NCBI GenBank assembly: GCA_036630325.1
Contig: CP142737.1
Coordinates: forward strand, 310,001-374,000
Direction of reading: 5' to 3'
From: Vairimorpha necatrix
Lineage: Eukaryota
DNA: 64,000 nucleotides
The translations under genes and the position numbers were made by a program. Positions 49,481 to 62,400 of this stretch are shown one piece after another (the first letter of the stretch is position 1; each line of letters begins with the position of its first letter). The notes beneath the pieces were generated by a model, which was not told the origin of the DNA, did not search any database, and saw nothing but the letters and a program-made list of their open reading frames with translations.

Positions 49481-52400
49481 ACTAGAAATGAGATTAAAGT
49501 TAGTATGGGACTGGATTTTTTTATAAAATTTGAATACAGAAGGTGTACAATTTATAAAAACATCATGAATTACAATGGGGTTTTATTGGAATTGACGAAA
49601 CCTAGAGGAGCTACCTCTGAGCAAATATAATTCTATTAGATTTAAAGTATTACTATTTTTGAATAGCTGCGTTGCCATATAAGTTGGGAATTGTTTTTCT
49701 TATGCACATTCGCTCTTCCATGATGTTGTAATCCAAGGGCAATAGTCATGCATGTTTTGCTTGTTTTCGTCTCTTAAATTGTCCTGGAGCGAGGTAAAAA
49801 TTAAATAAAAAATTAATTTTTCGAATAGACCGGTTAATGTCTATTTCCAAAAATACAAATTATGAAGAAATTTTTTTTGTAGTAGCTATAATACCACAAA
49901 ATTACCAAAATTTCTTAGGAAAAAACGTTCGTATTATTCGTTTATTTCATTTATCTCTAGGTGTTCTCCTTAAGTGAGAAAAGGTTCGAACTCAGCCAGT
50001 TGCCCCGACATATGAAACAAATTAGATTTTACAGCACGTATTAAACTCTAATTCAAAAGATACATGATCATTGATCTAAAATTTATTATTTCTTTTTATT
50101 AAATATGATAAATAGATCATATAAAATTTAATTATATAAATAAAACCTAATTTAAATTCATCACTACAACTTCTAAACATTTATACATGCCTTTTACCTC
50201 TGTCTTTTTGCTATATACTTTATTTCTATTATTTTTTTTTGCTATTTCTATTACTTCAAGCTATCTCTCAAATTATTTCGCGTGTTTCCAATTATGTCTA
50301 CTACACATCAGCAGATGTATGCACACGAAAATCTCGTTTTATGATGTCCTAACATCTGCTCTTTTTTTGTGCCTATAATGTTATTTTTTAGATACAATAC
50401 TTTACGTTTAATTTTTTTACTCTAAAAGAGAATTTTATTGTGTAAAAACAATTTTTTTTTAATTTTTGGACGGAACATCCACTTTGTGTTGCTACGTGAT
50501 GGTACTCTTATAGAGACGATACATGATCATGTATTAATATCAATTTTTTGGTTAAATATAAGCGTTTCTTTAATTTTAAAATCTCAAGACCGGGCTTCAT
50601 TAATTTATCAAAGTTTGTATTATATAAAATTATTTCCCAAGAAACTTTATAAATGTCGAGAATCGAATTTTTTTTTGTTTTAGAAATAACCCCGATATAT
50701 TGTTTCGGTCCGAAAAAAGCACTAGCAATTAAATAAATAAAATTATAACCAATTCAGTTCCATATATATAAATGCTGATAGTATGTTTTTTTTTAAGTAA
50801 TTGTGTCGATATAAAACCGATATGCTGAATGGTATTCATTATTCGTTAAAAAAATTTCAGAGTTAAAACGAAGAAATTTGACATTATATGAAAAAATTTA
50901 TGAGAATTGAAATAAAATAAACGAAAATACTAGCAATTTCTAATAATATTCCCAATTTTTTTTAGTTTTCATTCGGTCTGTTGATGCTAGTTTTTTTTAG
51001 GTACAAGTCGGATATTAATTATATTATTTAATCGAGTGTTTTTATCAATAGCCGCACGATTTATACAGTAAAATTTATTAATGTCTTAATACTCCCGTTT
51101 GAATTGGTTAACCATCATTTATAATTTGTGTCGTATTGTGGTATATGAGGTAATTATATTTCTTAATGACTTCTTTAGTTTGTAATAACAAAAACAAGTA
51201 TGTAAACAAACGTATAATATATTTGTTGTTATTCGATGTGTACAACATATATATTCGTTGGAGATTCCTTTATATTATTGTAAATACCAACTCGAAAATT
51301 CCATTTATTATTTTATAGACTATACATAAACACGTATATTAATCTGTAAAAAAAAAATTTATATGGCAATTGATAAGAGAAACACACAAACGCAAAGTTA
51401 ACGTTTTTAAAACGATTGTACTCTATTCACGAATCTTCTTTCATGTAATCCTTAAGCGTCATATTTATAAAACGTTATTTACATATATTTTTGCATTATT
51501 TTTTAAAAAATACCGTTTATTAATTAGATTGTATTGTTTTGCACTCTTTATTGTTTAAATTATAGGTTTTAATCATCGTTATTTATCATATACCAAAATG
51601 TTTCAGCACAAGTTTGTCCAATCTACACGGTTATCACAAACAATTGTTTCTAACACAAACATAAAAGAAAAGGTTTCTTAATAAACAGACAATTTTAGAT
51701 AAACTCTTTATTTGAATCAAATAAAACAATACAACACAAATTTTGAATGTCATAACAAGATTTATGTTCCTTTAAACTTAAGAAAAAAAAATGAAATATA
51801 ATGACAATAAATATGTATAAATTATTGATTATTTTACAAAAAAGTTCTAAAATAGTCTTTTGAATAAGTTGTTTTGTAAATACAATGCATAAAACACATG
51901 TAATGGTACATTGATTAAAATCGGACTTTATAATTAAACAATTAAATCATATATTCTCCCATTTCAAAATAAAAGATAAGTATAATAGGGGGAATTCAGT
52001 TAAATTAAAGCTTATTCGAAGTTTATAACAATATCATTAATTAAAACAGCATATTCTCATAATTAAACTTAAAGCTATTATTTAAAACAGAATATAGGAG
52101 ATTATGTGTATAATTTAAGCCTTTTACTATGTACATTTGTACAAGAAAAAATTCATCTTTGTGCTACGTAACCTTTTAATTATAGAAATAGTCTATAAAT
52201 AAAAGAATTTAGAGTTTTACAGTAAAATTTATGTATAAAAACTAGAATTGTGCATGGGTCTAGATAACATCGTCGTATGATCCCACTATACTAAGCTTAT
52301 TATTTAGTTAGTAGGCAGATTCCTTAGTTTATTTAAATAATATCGATATATAAAAATATGTATGTTGAGATAAGCAGCTCAAGTCTCTCGTCGTTTATCA

Positions 52401-52990
52401 ATGTTTCTGATATCGATAGATGGTTGATATTTATTAAAGGCAAATGAAATCTTTCTCAAATTAGATATTTTTATGTATATATCTATATATTTCTTGGCTC
52501 AACCCCTTATGTGCCATTTTCTTGGGGCTACTAACACATTTTATTGTTTGTTCGTATGTGGCGATAGTATTTTTGATCCACAATATAGCATGAATTTCAT
52601 AAATGAATAAAAGAATATAATTTATTTGGTTATATATCTTACTTACTAATTACTTAAACAAAACATATTAACAATATTTTCTGACAGCTTCCGGAGTTAA
52701 TTCTGAAATCTAAATATTAGGCTCTTAAATACCCGTTCCTGATCAGCATCAAGCTCCTGTCTGATTGGCATAATTAGGCCTTAAAGGCAATTTTAAGGAC
52801 TTCTGTCTGTATGTATGCTTCTGTTATAGGGTTAATCGTGGCTCTTTGATGTGCGCGTTGTGAAAATTTTTTACTATTATATCGTAAGTCATTACATAAA
52901 AAATAATTTTCGGTTTTTATTTGTTAGAGAAGCCACATGATTAGCAAGCATGGTATATTGAATAAAAAACAATAAGTTATTGAAAAATTT

Positions 52991-53692
52991 TTATTGCAAT
53001 CCCAGAATATTAGAAGAAGTGGCCATGTTATTATTAGAGTTATTAATCTTTTTAAATTTTAAATTGATGTCATCAATTGTATTCATCGAATGATTTCCTA
53101 AGTTAAAATTAATTTCTTCTGCAATGTTTTTAAAATCTTTAGGGTTAAAAACTCTCCATACCTTAAAACTATAGTGTTCATTCATTTTCAAATCGATAAA
53201 CTTATTAACAATTGCATTCAATTTTTTAATATTAATCTTTTTTACTTCAGCATTAATACAATTTATAGTTCTAGTAAAATCAAAAGACAGATTGCTAATA
53301 GATCTAAATAAAGCATAAATGGCGGCTTCTTTTCCGCGACGGACCTTTTTAATATCATACATATTTAAACATTCTAGATATGAATCAAATTTAAGCTCTT
53401 CTCTTGTAATTTCATAATCTGTTACGTTCGAAGTTTGTGGCCAATTATACTTACTTTTTAAAGGAAAGGTCATTTTATTTAAAATAGCTTCAAAAATTAG
53501 CTTTTCTATTGTTCTTGCTTCATAAAAGTCATTTTGATAATAATTTAGGTCTTGCTCTTGTCTAAAAAGTATTTTACAGCACTTTTTTATTTCTTCATTT
53601 GTAAATTCAACTTCTTCGAATTGTAAATCGTCATTAGGATTAGTCATAACTTTTTTCATATTTAAAATGAGTACTAAAGAAAATATGAACAT
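52991..53692 (-). CDS. Secreted lineage-specific family protein, member 2
   Basis: ATG 53692 after CCC (MFIFSLVLILNM); EAILNKMTFPLKSKYNWP..DYEI, KKVRRGKEAAIY, RVFNPKDFKNIAEEIN. Confidence 0.82.
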   Translation of the reverse strand: MFIFSLVLILNMKKVMTNPNDDLQFEEVEFTNEEIKKCCKILFRQEQDLNYYQNDFYEARTIEKLIFEAILNKMTFPLKSKYNWPQTSNVTDYEITREELKFDSYLECLNMYDIKKVRRGKEAAIYALFRSISNLSFDFTRTINCINAEVKKINIKKLNAIVNKFIDLKMNEHYSFKVWRVFNPKDFKNIAEEINFNLGNHSMNTIDDINLKFKKINNSNNNMATSSNILGLQ

Positions 53693-54464
53693 ATTATGGG
53701 GTTCCATTTTTTTTTTATTTATATGCATAAAATTTCAATGTTTAAAGTATAAACTGTCAATAACTAAAGAAAAACATGTTAAGATCTTTTTAATTTCCTG
53801 ATGTTTGTTTATTTCATGAGTCACAACACATACAATCACATCATTTTACAAGATAAAATATATTATTTTTGAATAAAAAATGGTTGATTTTGTAGATTCT
53901 TTTTAATCACGGAAATTAAATGTGTAGTTATCAATTTTATGCCACTTAAGTCAAAGACAACTATGTGTTGAATATTCCTCGAAGAAAATCCTCAAATACT
54001 TACATTTTTTTTTTCTGAAAATATATCTTCCTGTAATAAATGAAAATCAAAACCCAGGCGAAATAAATCTTTTAATTATAATTTTTGAATTTTTGCCTGG
54101 TAAAAAACATCATTAAGTACTATTGCGTCATTCGTGAGGTTGTCTCTAGAAACCCCGTACATAATATATATACGTATATTAATAATAGTCTTTTTGTATT
54201 ATCGTTTTGTTTAATAAAAACATCCTAAAAAGAAAACAATTTATTTTTATGACATAAAAACTATATTACTCATTATTACTATCTGAAAATCACAAACACG
54301 TTTTTCAATATAAGATAAATCATCATAAAAAAAATTGTAATTACATCTAATGATAAAATTCGAATGTAATTTTAGTCTATGTATATATTACAATTTTAAG
54401 AACTAGCAGCTATTCAAAGTTGCAATTAATATTTTTGAATTTCAATATTGACATAAGAAATTTC

Positions 54465-55043
54465 GGTACATGACCGTTTGGATATCGCTTTGGAAAAATG
54501 AACCCGCTTTGAAAATTTGAAAGGACCTCTATAAAAAATGACAAAATTGGTATGAAAAAATTTGTTAAAAAGGAAGTGTTTTTGAATAAAAATAAATTAA
54601 GTTTCAAAAAAATAGAAAAATACAGAACCAGCGTGTGCATTATTTGTCCTGTAACTAGTAGAAATGGGGCTATTCATTTTGAGGTGATACTAGATAATGT
54701 ATTATTGGTTTTATTGTGATCATTATCAATGGTAGTATATAATGCCGCATTAGGCAAACAAGGGGCTGTAGCACAGGACTGTGAATCATGACGTCAATTT
54801 CGTAAACTTTTTACAATATTGAGACGCAGTACCATACAAATTAAAGATTTTGATTTCTTTCAAGAAAATATGCGGTCTATACATTGAACAACCCAGAACT
54901 AACACTAGAGTGCCTTTTACAGTTTCTTGGTCTTAACTTATGCCCAAAAAATCGAGGTAAAATCATAATCTTTTATAATCAAAATAAATTGTTAAGTCTC
55001 TTTTTTATAAATTTTTAATACGGGTTCCAAACGATCATGTATC
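54465..55043 (+). mobile_element. 579-bp non-autonomous DNA transposon (MITE), copy 2
   Basis: TIRs GGTACATGACCGTTTGGA / TCCAAACGATCATGTATC; flanks AAGAAATTTC and AAGAACATTC (8/10, possible eroded TSD); homologous to 20549-21127. Confidence 0.75.
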
Positions 55044-57562
55044 AAGAACATTCTTATTTATCGATGTATGCTCTCTATATAAATTGAAATACATGTTAAA
55101 AATTATAATATACTTATTAATTCTTATATTAATAAATTCTCCCAATTTAAATAAATGGTATAATTTACAAGAAATGTAACTCTAAGTATCGTAAATATAC
55201 AGAATAAAGGTATAAAAAATCATAAAAAAGCACTTTATAAATTGATTTTCAATGCTTAAGTACATAATTTAAGGGATAGTACACATAATATAGCTCATAT
55301 TTTAAATATATGTGTTATTACCAAATTTTTCAATTTTACTTTTTATTAGATGCGACCAATATTGGAAACTAGAAATAAAATATAGGAGATAAGATTTAAT
55401 GTTTTAATTTTGATCTATCTAAAACAAATAATTTCTTCGTAATATAAACCACAAATAATACTATATTCGATTACCTAAGATGGCACAGTCACTATGTAAC
55501 ACGCAAGAAAAAAAAATCTGATATTTTGAATCAAATATAGTTTTATAGTAATTCTTGAATCTCAATATTGTTTCTGAAAACATTTTAATGAACTGCAGGA
55601 GAAGAGAAGACAAGAGGAAAACAAAATCTATAGATCATGTAGCTTTGAATAGGTCTAGTTTTCAAAATCAATAATCAAAGCATACAAATGAACCCAAAAA
55701 AATATTAATCAAATAAATACAACTTATACAATTATTTTGGAAGTTTATAACTTTGCAAAAAAATAATATCATTCTATTTATGATATTTTTAAGTTTTTCT
55801 CAAATATTAAAATCACTTATTTTAAAAATTTAAAAAATTCAAAACACTAAAAATTTGCTCTCTTGAAATAAGAAATTAAAACATCATGTTTTATGATTTA
55901 AAATTCAAAATATTACATTATAATCTCTTACAGTAAAAGATTGAAAACAACTTATTCTATTTATTCGATTTTTTAGTAAAATACTTAGAGTATTGGGGTG
56001 ACACAACATTAAAAATAGATATAAATAATTAAAAAGTAAAAAATCAAGCATTTATAAAGAGGCAATATAACAGTAATTGTAGATATTAGAAGTATATGGC
56101 ATTATTGCACAATAAAAGTCGAAATGAGTTTGGTAAATTCGAAGCTAATGTATAAGTACAAGTTCAAACTATTAACATCAGATAAATTGTAAAAGTATAG
56201 TTACTATTTTGTTATAAAATTAAAAATAACTGGAACAGTGAATCGGAACGATGTATATTTTGGATTTAGTGTTCTTAATACGACTCTGTAAGTTATAAAA
56301 GTATAGCTGAAAACTTAAAAATTAATAAGATTTATCTACGTTGAGCTTTTTAAATAATTTTTTATTGAGGACAAGGCATATGACAGCTCTTGTATATAGT
56401 TAATACATGAATTATATTTACAAAATTACTATATCAAAATTCTGTTCTTTTGCTCTTTATTAGTATCGTAGCATAATATAGAAATATTTTCTTATTACAG
56501 TAAGCATATATATTATATCAAAAAAATCAATTAAGTTTTATAAATAAATAATATAACACACTAATCTACAGTACCTATGAAACCTAATAATTTATTTTTG
56601 TAAATTGTATTATCAATTAGCATTGTTTTTTGTTCGTTTTTATAATCAAAAAATTAACGAAAAATAATAGCAATCAATTATATAACGTCAATCTCGTCGA
56701 ATTGTGATCTATAATGCCTATATTTAATTAATAATTTAGATTTAGATATAAAGTTTGTCATGCAAACGGCAAACTTGAATTGCTCGTTGATTACTACAAT
56801 TTCACTATCACTTTAGCACAAAACTGGCGAGATGTTTTAAATTTGCGACCAAAACGTTTGCTAAAGCTGTTCTGGTTTTATATACTCTTGGTAGATGCTC
56901 TAAATACTAATTTGGCAACGTATGTATTATTATGACACATGTTATGATAATTCATTAATTTACTATCTAATTGTTTTTTCATGATATAATAATCGCAATA
57001 AGGAAATGTTCTTGTTGACAATGATTGTATTTGTATTTTTAAAACATAATATTATGATGTAAAACGTTATCATATAAAAAAAGAAAATTAAATTTTTCTG
57101 TGTTAAAAGTATGTTATTATTTACTTGTGAAAAGCCAATGCCACAATTTTACACTAAATATTTCTAATAAATTACACAATATCTAGTATTAATCGAATTA
57201 AAATTATATTCTAAAGATAATGATAGACGATAAAATAAAATATCATAAGATTTGTATCTTTGTAATAATAACTATATTTTTTCAAGTATTAAAGTACTGT
57301 ATCATTATCAAATTTAAAACATACCAAACAATCAAATTTTAGTATTCAATAAATTGGATTGAGAATGTACATCTTAGATAAATAAAATAAATCTAAAATT
57401 TTAATAATAAAAAATTATGATTTTGTGTTTCGTGACTAAAAAAATACAAACATAGTATTAGTAATGTGTTGATATATATTTTTATATCACGCTCAAGAAG
57501 TTTTTAATATTTAAAGTTTTAAATTAATTAGATATTTAAAGAAAAAAATATTAACCCATAAG

Positions 57563-58264
57563 ATGTTTTTCGTTTATTTAATATTAAATAATATGCAACA
57601 GGTAAAAGGTATTGGTAATCAACCAACAACTTCAAAAGAAGATTTTACAAATGAAGAATTAAAAAAGTGTACTAACATACTTTTCCAACCCGATACTGAA
57701 ATATTATATTATAGAAATGATATTTATGAAGTTAGAACATTAGCTAAAATAATTCATGAAGCTATTTTAAATAAAATGAGTTTTCCAATGAAAAGCCAAT
57801 ATAACTGGCCTGTAGCAGAGGATATGAAAGATTATGAAATTTTAAGAGAAGATATTAAATTTAGTTCTTATTGGAAATATTTATACACTTGGCCCGAGAA
57901 AAAAGTCCGCAAAGGCAAAGAAGCAGTTATTTTCGTGATATTTGAGTCTATAATGGAACATTCTCAATCTTTTTATAGGACTTTAAAATGTATTAATTCT
58001 AAAGTACAAAAAATTAATAACGAAAAGTTAATTAAAATCGTTGATAAATATGTGGATTTAAAGATGAACGATTATTATAATTTCAAAATTATGAGAGTTT
58101 TTAATCCAAAAGATTATAAAAACATTGCTGAAGAAATTAATGACAGTTTTAGAGAATATAAGATACCAACGAGAAAAGAATTTGATATAAATTCAGAATA
58201 TAATAGGATGAATATGACTCTAAAAAGTAATACCGGCTTTTCCAATTTAAGTAGACTGAAATAA
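57563..58264 (+). CDS. Secreted lineage-specific family protein, member 3
   Basis: CCC before ATG; EAILNKMSFPMKSQYNWP..DYEI, KKVRKGKEAVIF, RVFNPKDYKNIAEEIN; close paralog of member 2. Confidence 0.85.
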   Translation: MFFVYLILNNMQQVKGIGNQPTTSKEDFTNEELKKCTNILFQPDTEILYYRNDIYEVRTLAKIIHEAILNKMSFPMKSQYNWPVAEDMKDYEILREDIKFSSYWKYLYTWPEKKVRKGKEAVIFVIFESIMEHSQSFYRTLKCINSKVQKINNEKLIKIVDKYVDLKMNDYYNFKIMRVFNPKDYKNIAEEINDSFREYKIPTRKEFDINSEYNRMNMTLKSNTGFSNLSRLK

Positions 58265-60098
58265 ATCTATTTTATTAACCTTTTTTTTATTTGATATTTT
58301 CATTAAACTACGTATTTTTTCTTTTATGTAACTAATACGAAAACATTAATACGAGCATTGGACTCTTCGCCGAGATCCTGTTGAATTCCCTTTATGGGGT
58401 TTTTACTCACTAGACCCAAACCTTTAGAGCAGCATCTGTCCGTAATTCTTGATATAAATCGAGTTTTGACTGCAGGAAATCGCCTAAAGCCGTTACAAAT
58501 ATTACGTTAAAGTTATTTTCAGATGATATCATCATCAAGCATAAAGTGGGTCGTAGATTTTTTTATAGACTCAACCTAAGTATCTAATATTATTCAGATT
58601 TCGCATGTATATTCATATATTTTTAAAGTTATTCCTTTATGTCTTTGCCATTTTTTCATATATGTATTCCAATTTTATGATCATGGCTTACAATTAATCG
58701 TGTAATAGTATTTACCATGACCTAAATTTTTTTGATGTATTCAACTGAATCCTAAAAGAGGTATTGGGAAATATAAAGGGCCGCCTTCAACTACTTTTAA
58801 ACTTCAAGGTATATTTTAACTATCTTATTTTCAATTTGTGGCGAGTTCCGCCAATCAGACAATAATTCCTTGTAATAGACGTCTACAAGAATAATATTCA
58901 AATTGGCATTTAGTAAAACTTGTTTCTTAATATTGATACTAATATCCATCTTTAAGAAATATACAGTTTGGAGAATCCCAATTAAACACTTTTTTACATA
59001 TAAACACAATGCTTACAATCAATATGGTCAAGATATAATTTAAATCGCTTTTATTAGAAAAAAAGAATTAAATCATATTAAAAGTTCTATCAAAAAAAAT
59101 CGTTTACGAAATAAAAAATTGTTCATCTTTAAATAATGTTTGAATTTTTTATTTTAAAAAATTTGTAAATCAAAATAACCAAAGAAAGTATCATTAGTCT
59201 GAATTTCCATATCGACTTTGTTAGTTGAGGTTGTATATAAAGAGACACCTGAAAGGTTATAAGATATCGCAATTGATTTAGTTAGCATGTTAATTTTTAG
59301 TTGAAAAATGTTTGCAGATTTCAAAACAATACCAATTGGGTCATAATTTAAAGAGTATCATAATCAAAACACATTCATAAACAAAAAAAAACTATTCTTT
59401 ACACTAAGAAAAAATATATACTTGCCCTAAAAAATTTGTCTGTAAATATTAATATCATACGTATTTAAATCTTAAATTTCCTATATACTAAGTAATTACC
59501 TAAAGATGACTTTATCGAATTCCTACAAACGTTAAACCTTAAGAATATGTGCAAGGGTCTAAGTATAATCTATATTTTCGTAACTTTAATATTATTTTAG
59601 CTGTTTTACGGACAAGTTGTTAGTAATTATAATAATTTAATGAATTACATGTTAAAAATTACCCGTAACAGAAGTTTAAAGCTCTAAACATAAAAAAATA
59701 CACTACTCGATTTAATTTCTATTTATACTACAAGTCTTATAACTCAAGTCATATACGTTATATAAAGATGATTCTAACTAATTTCAATATACTTATACAG
59801 ATTGACCTATTTTAGATAATATTATGAGGTTTAGATATAATAAATATGTTAATTCTTACTGTTAGACTATAAGTTGCTTTCTTTTTTTATTTTTGAAACT
59901 ATCAATCAAAAGTGTCTCAAGTAGAAATCACAAAAATCGCCTAATATATATTACGTCGTTCACAGTTAAGCTCAAGTTCCAATCAACTGTATCTATTTTA
60001 TAAATCGCTTTAATACTAAGTACTTAAAAAAATTGGATTCAAATGTCAAATTTTTATATATAAATTTAGTTTTAAATTCCTTCCTTTTTGCCCCCAAA

Positions 60099-60719
60099 AT
60101 GACCAGCACATTCTTAGTTGACGAAGTTCAAAAAACTATCAATAATAAAAATCTCATTGATACATTTAAACAATATTTAAATAAAGAGAATGTGTCCTGT
60201 GACCAAGTAAAATTTGTTATAAATAAAGATTCAGAATTAAAGAAGTATGAAGATTTATTAATTGAATCTCATAAGATATTTGTCTATTCTCAGGAGATGC
60301 TTGATGAGTTAGCTTGCAAGGATATAACTCCTTATAAGAACAGGGATGTGGATATTGTAATGTGTTATACATTTTACTCTGGTGTTTGTGTCATATTAGA
60401 GAAATATTTGCCAGCCGACTTGTATGAGAAGATATTAGACATCTATGAAGAGGCTAATATAAAAATGAATGTTCCGAGAGACGACGAAGAGGAAAACAAA
60501 ATATTCTTCAATATTTTGAGGATGTATTTTAGTAATTTCTTTATACCAGTAAAAATGAGTCATACTGAAGTTAGTATTAATGAATATGATTTTGGAATGA
60601 TGTATTATGAGAAAATATTAAAATCTGAGGAGATTCCCGAATTTATACTAAAAAAGATGAGTGGGAACAAAGTTCAGAATGATGTAGAAAGTGAAATATT
60701 AAATATGTGTTTCATATAA
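60099..60719 (+). CDS. Hypothetical protein (206 aa)
   Basis: ATG 60099 preceded by CCCCC; AATAAA follows the stop; no recognised domain. Confidence 0.7.
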   Translation: MTSTFLVDEVQKTINNKNLIDTFKQYLNKENVSCDQVKFVINKDSELKKYEDLLIESHKIFVYSQEMLDELACKDITPYKNRDVDIVMCYTFYSGVCVILEKYLPADLYEKILDIYEEANIKMNVPRDDEEENKIFFNILRMYFSNFFIPVKMSHTEVSINEYDFGMMYYEKILKSEEIPEFILKKMSGNKVQNDVESEILNMCFI

Positions 60720-61136
60720 TAAAATTAATTTCATGAAAATTTATATATTTTGACAAACTTCTTTTTTTTAAAACAAATGGTTCGTATGACACTTGTTTAA
60801 AATGAAGCCTTTTATAGTAATAAATTTTAGTTATACGCTCGTTATAGTTCTTTATTACCTAAGGAAGCTTTATATTTTATTTTACAGAACCAGAGTCTTG
60901 CAATCTAATATTAAATACACTTTGACTTAAAAATATACCTAAAACTCCAAAGAACTCTGGGTGATACTTATAATCTGAAAATAAATCTTTTTCTCGGACA
61001 CTTATATTCTGAACTTCTGACTTGATTTTTTTATTATCAATACACCTTATAAATGCACACTTAACAGTTTTTCTAAATATTCATATAAAAGAAAGAACCT
61101 CTAATTAGTAAACCCTGCACGAAAGACGCAGATAGC

Positions 61137-62400
61137 GGTTAAGTTCTCGACTTACCCCCCCACCCCTAAAAAAAATAAAAAAAGGGGAAAAAATAAAAAA
61201 AAATAAAAAAAGGGGAAAAAATAAAAAAAAATAAAAAAAGGGGAAAAAATAAAAAAAAATAAAAAAACGTTTAATTCTCGACTTAACCCCCCTTACCCCC
61301 CAAAAAAAACAAAAAAAATTATTCCACAATTGTAAAGTCTATTTCAGGAATAATATCATAAGCTACAATACTAAAATTACCTATTTGAAAAAATTCTAAC
61401 ATTTTATCCAATAGATTTTCACGATATATTAATTTGAATCTGTTAATGTAAATCTTTCTTACAAGATTCATAATAGTACCATGACTAGTTCCTCCTTTTC
61501 TTAGTTCTCTTTTAATAACCGACCACATTCCCTCTATAGTCTGAGTATGCGCACCAGTTATATTATCAACAAAATTTTGGCTGTGATTCACAGTCAAATG
61601 TAGATACTCATATTCTACACAGATTGTTTGAATATCACAATATCCACGCCAACAATCTGTCACAATTGTGGTCCCCGGAGCAATTTTTCTTGTAATTAAT
61701 TCAACAAGAGTAGCTCTTGTTCTATTTTCTACGATCTCAAAGAAAAAAGAATTTGCATCCCCTCTCACAACGCCTCCAACTGCCCATACTTGATATTGAA
61801 GAACCCTTCCCGCATGGTTTTTACTTTTTACAAGTAAAGTTTCATCAATTTCAACAATACAACCGACGCCGCCAATCGTTTGATTGTTTATATATGTTGA
61901 ATAAGAGACGTACACGGCGTTATTAAAACGCGTAAACCATCTTGATACCGTACATTTACCTATATCAAGTTCTAACGTGGAGGCCAAATTACTTGAACCC
62001 TTTACCCATTCGCTAAGCAATATTAAAAGATCCTCAATAGGCAATTTTGAGTTCTTAAAAACGCTTTGTTTCATTATGGTTCCTTTGTTAGAACATTTTT
62101 TACCATCACGCCTTGAATAACAACGATAGTTTTCAGTGTTGGTCCGATTTTGAGTCATTGGTATATTGCATTTATTGCACATAGGGACCCTCAAAATGTT
62201 TTTTGCAATTAAAAATTGCATTAACTCATTTTTTTTATAGATGAGTTTTCTAAATTCTTTAATTCTCATTATGGGTCAAATTTTTTATTTCTTTTATTTT
62301 TTCCCCTTTTTTTATTTTTTCCCCTTTTTTTTATTTTTCCCCCCTTTTTTATTTTTTTTTATTTTTTTTAGGGGTGGGGGGGTAAGTCGAGAACTTAACC
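61137..62400 (-). mobile_element. Intact Merlin (IS1016/IS1595-like) DNA transposon, 1264 bp
   Basis: Perfect 46-bp TIRs starting GGTTAAGTTCTCGACTTACCCCCCCACCCC; 8-bp TSD CAGATAGC (61129-36, 62401-08); subterminal A-rich GGGG repeats. Confidence 0.95.
61319..62269 (-). CDS. Merlin DDE transposase (316 aa)
   Basis: N-terminal CxxC...C...C zinc ribbon; VEIDET, IVTDCWRGY, HLTVNHSQNFVD, HTQTIEGMWS; CCC before ATG. Confidence 0.95.
   Translation of the reverse strand: MRIKEFRKLIYKKNELMQFLIAKNILRVPMCNKCNIPMTQNRTNTENYRCYSRRDGKKCSNKGTIMKQSVFKNSKLPIEDLLILLSEWVKGSSNLASTLELDIGKCTVSRWFTRFNNAVYVSYSTYINNQTIGGVGCIVEIDETLLVKSKNHAGRVLQYQVWAVGGVVRGDANSFFFEIVENRTRATLVELITRKIAPGTTIVTDCWRGYCDIQTICVEYEYLHLTVNHSQNFVDNITGAHTQTIEGMWSVIKRELRKGGTSHGTIMNLVRKIYINRFKLIYRENLLDKMLEFFQIGNFSIVAYDIIPEIDFTIVE

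Noticed and set aside
52680-52900. GC-richer patch as another SINE-family relic
   Set aside because: Only one loose match (AGTAA..AATTT.CACAA); insufficient without a profile search.
61170-61270. A-rich GGGG repeats as telomeric or CRISPR repeats; ORF 61105-61329
   Set aside because: These are subterminal repeats inside the Merlin TIR/TSD boundaries; the Phe-rich ORF is a poly-T artefact.
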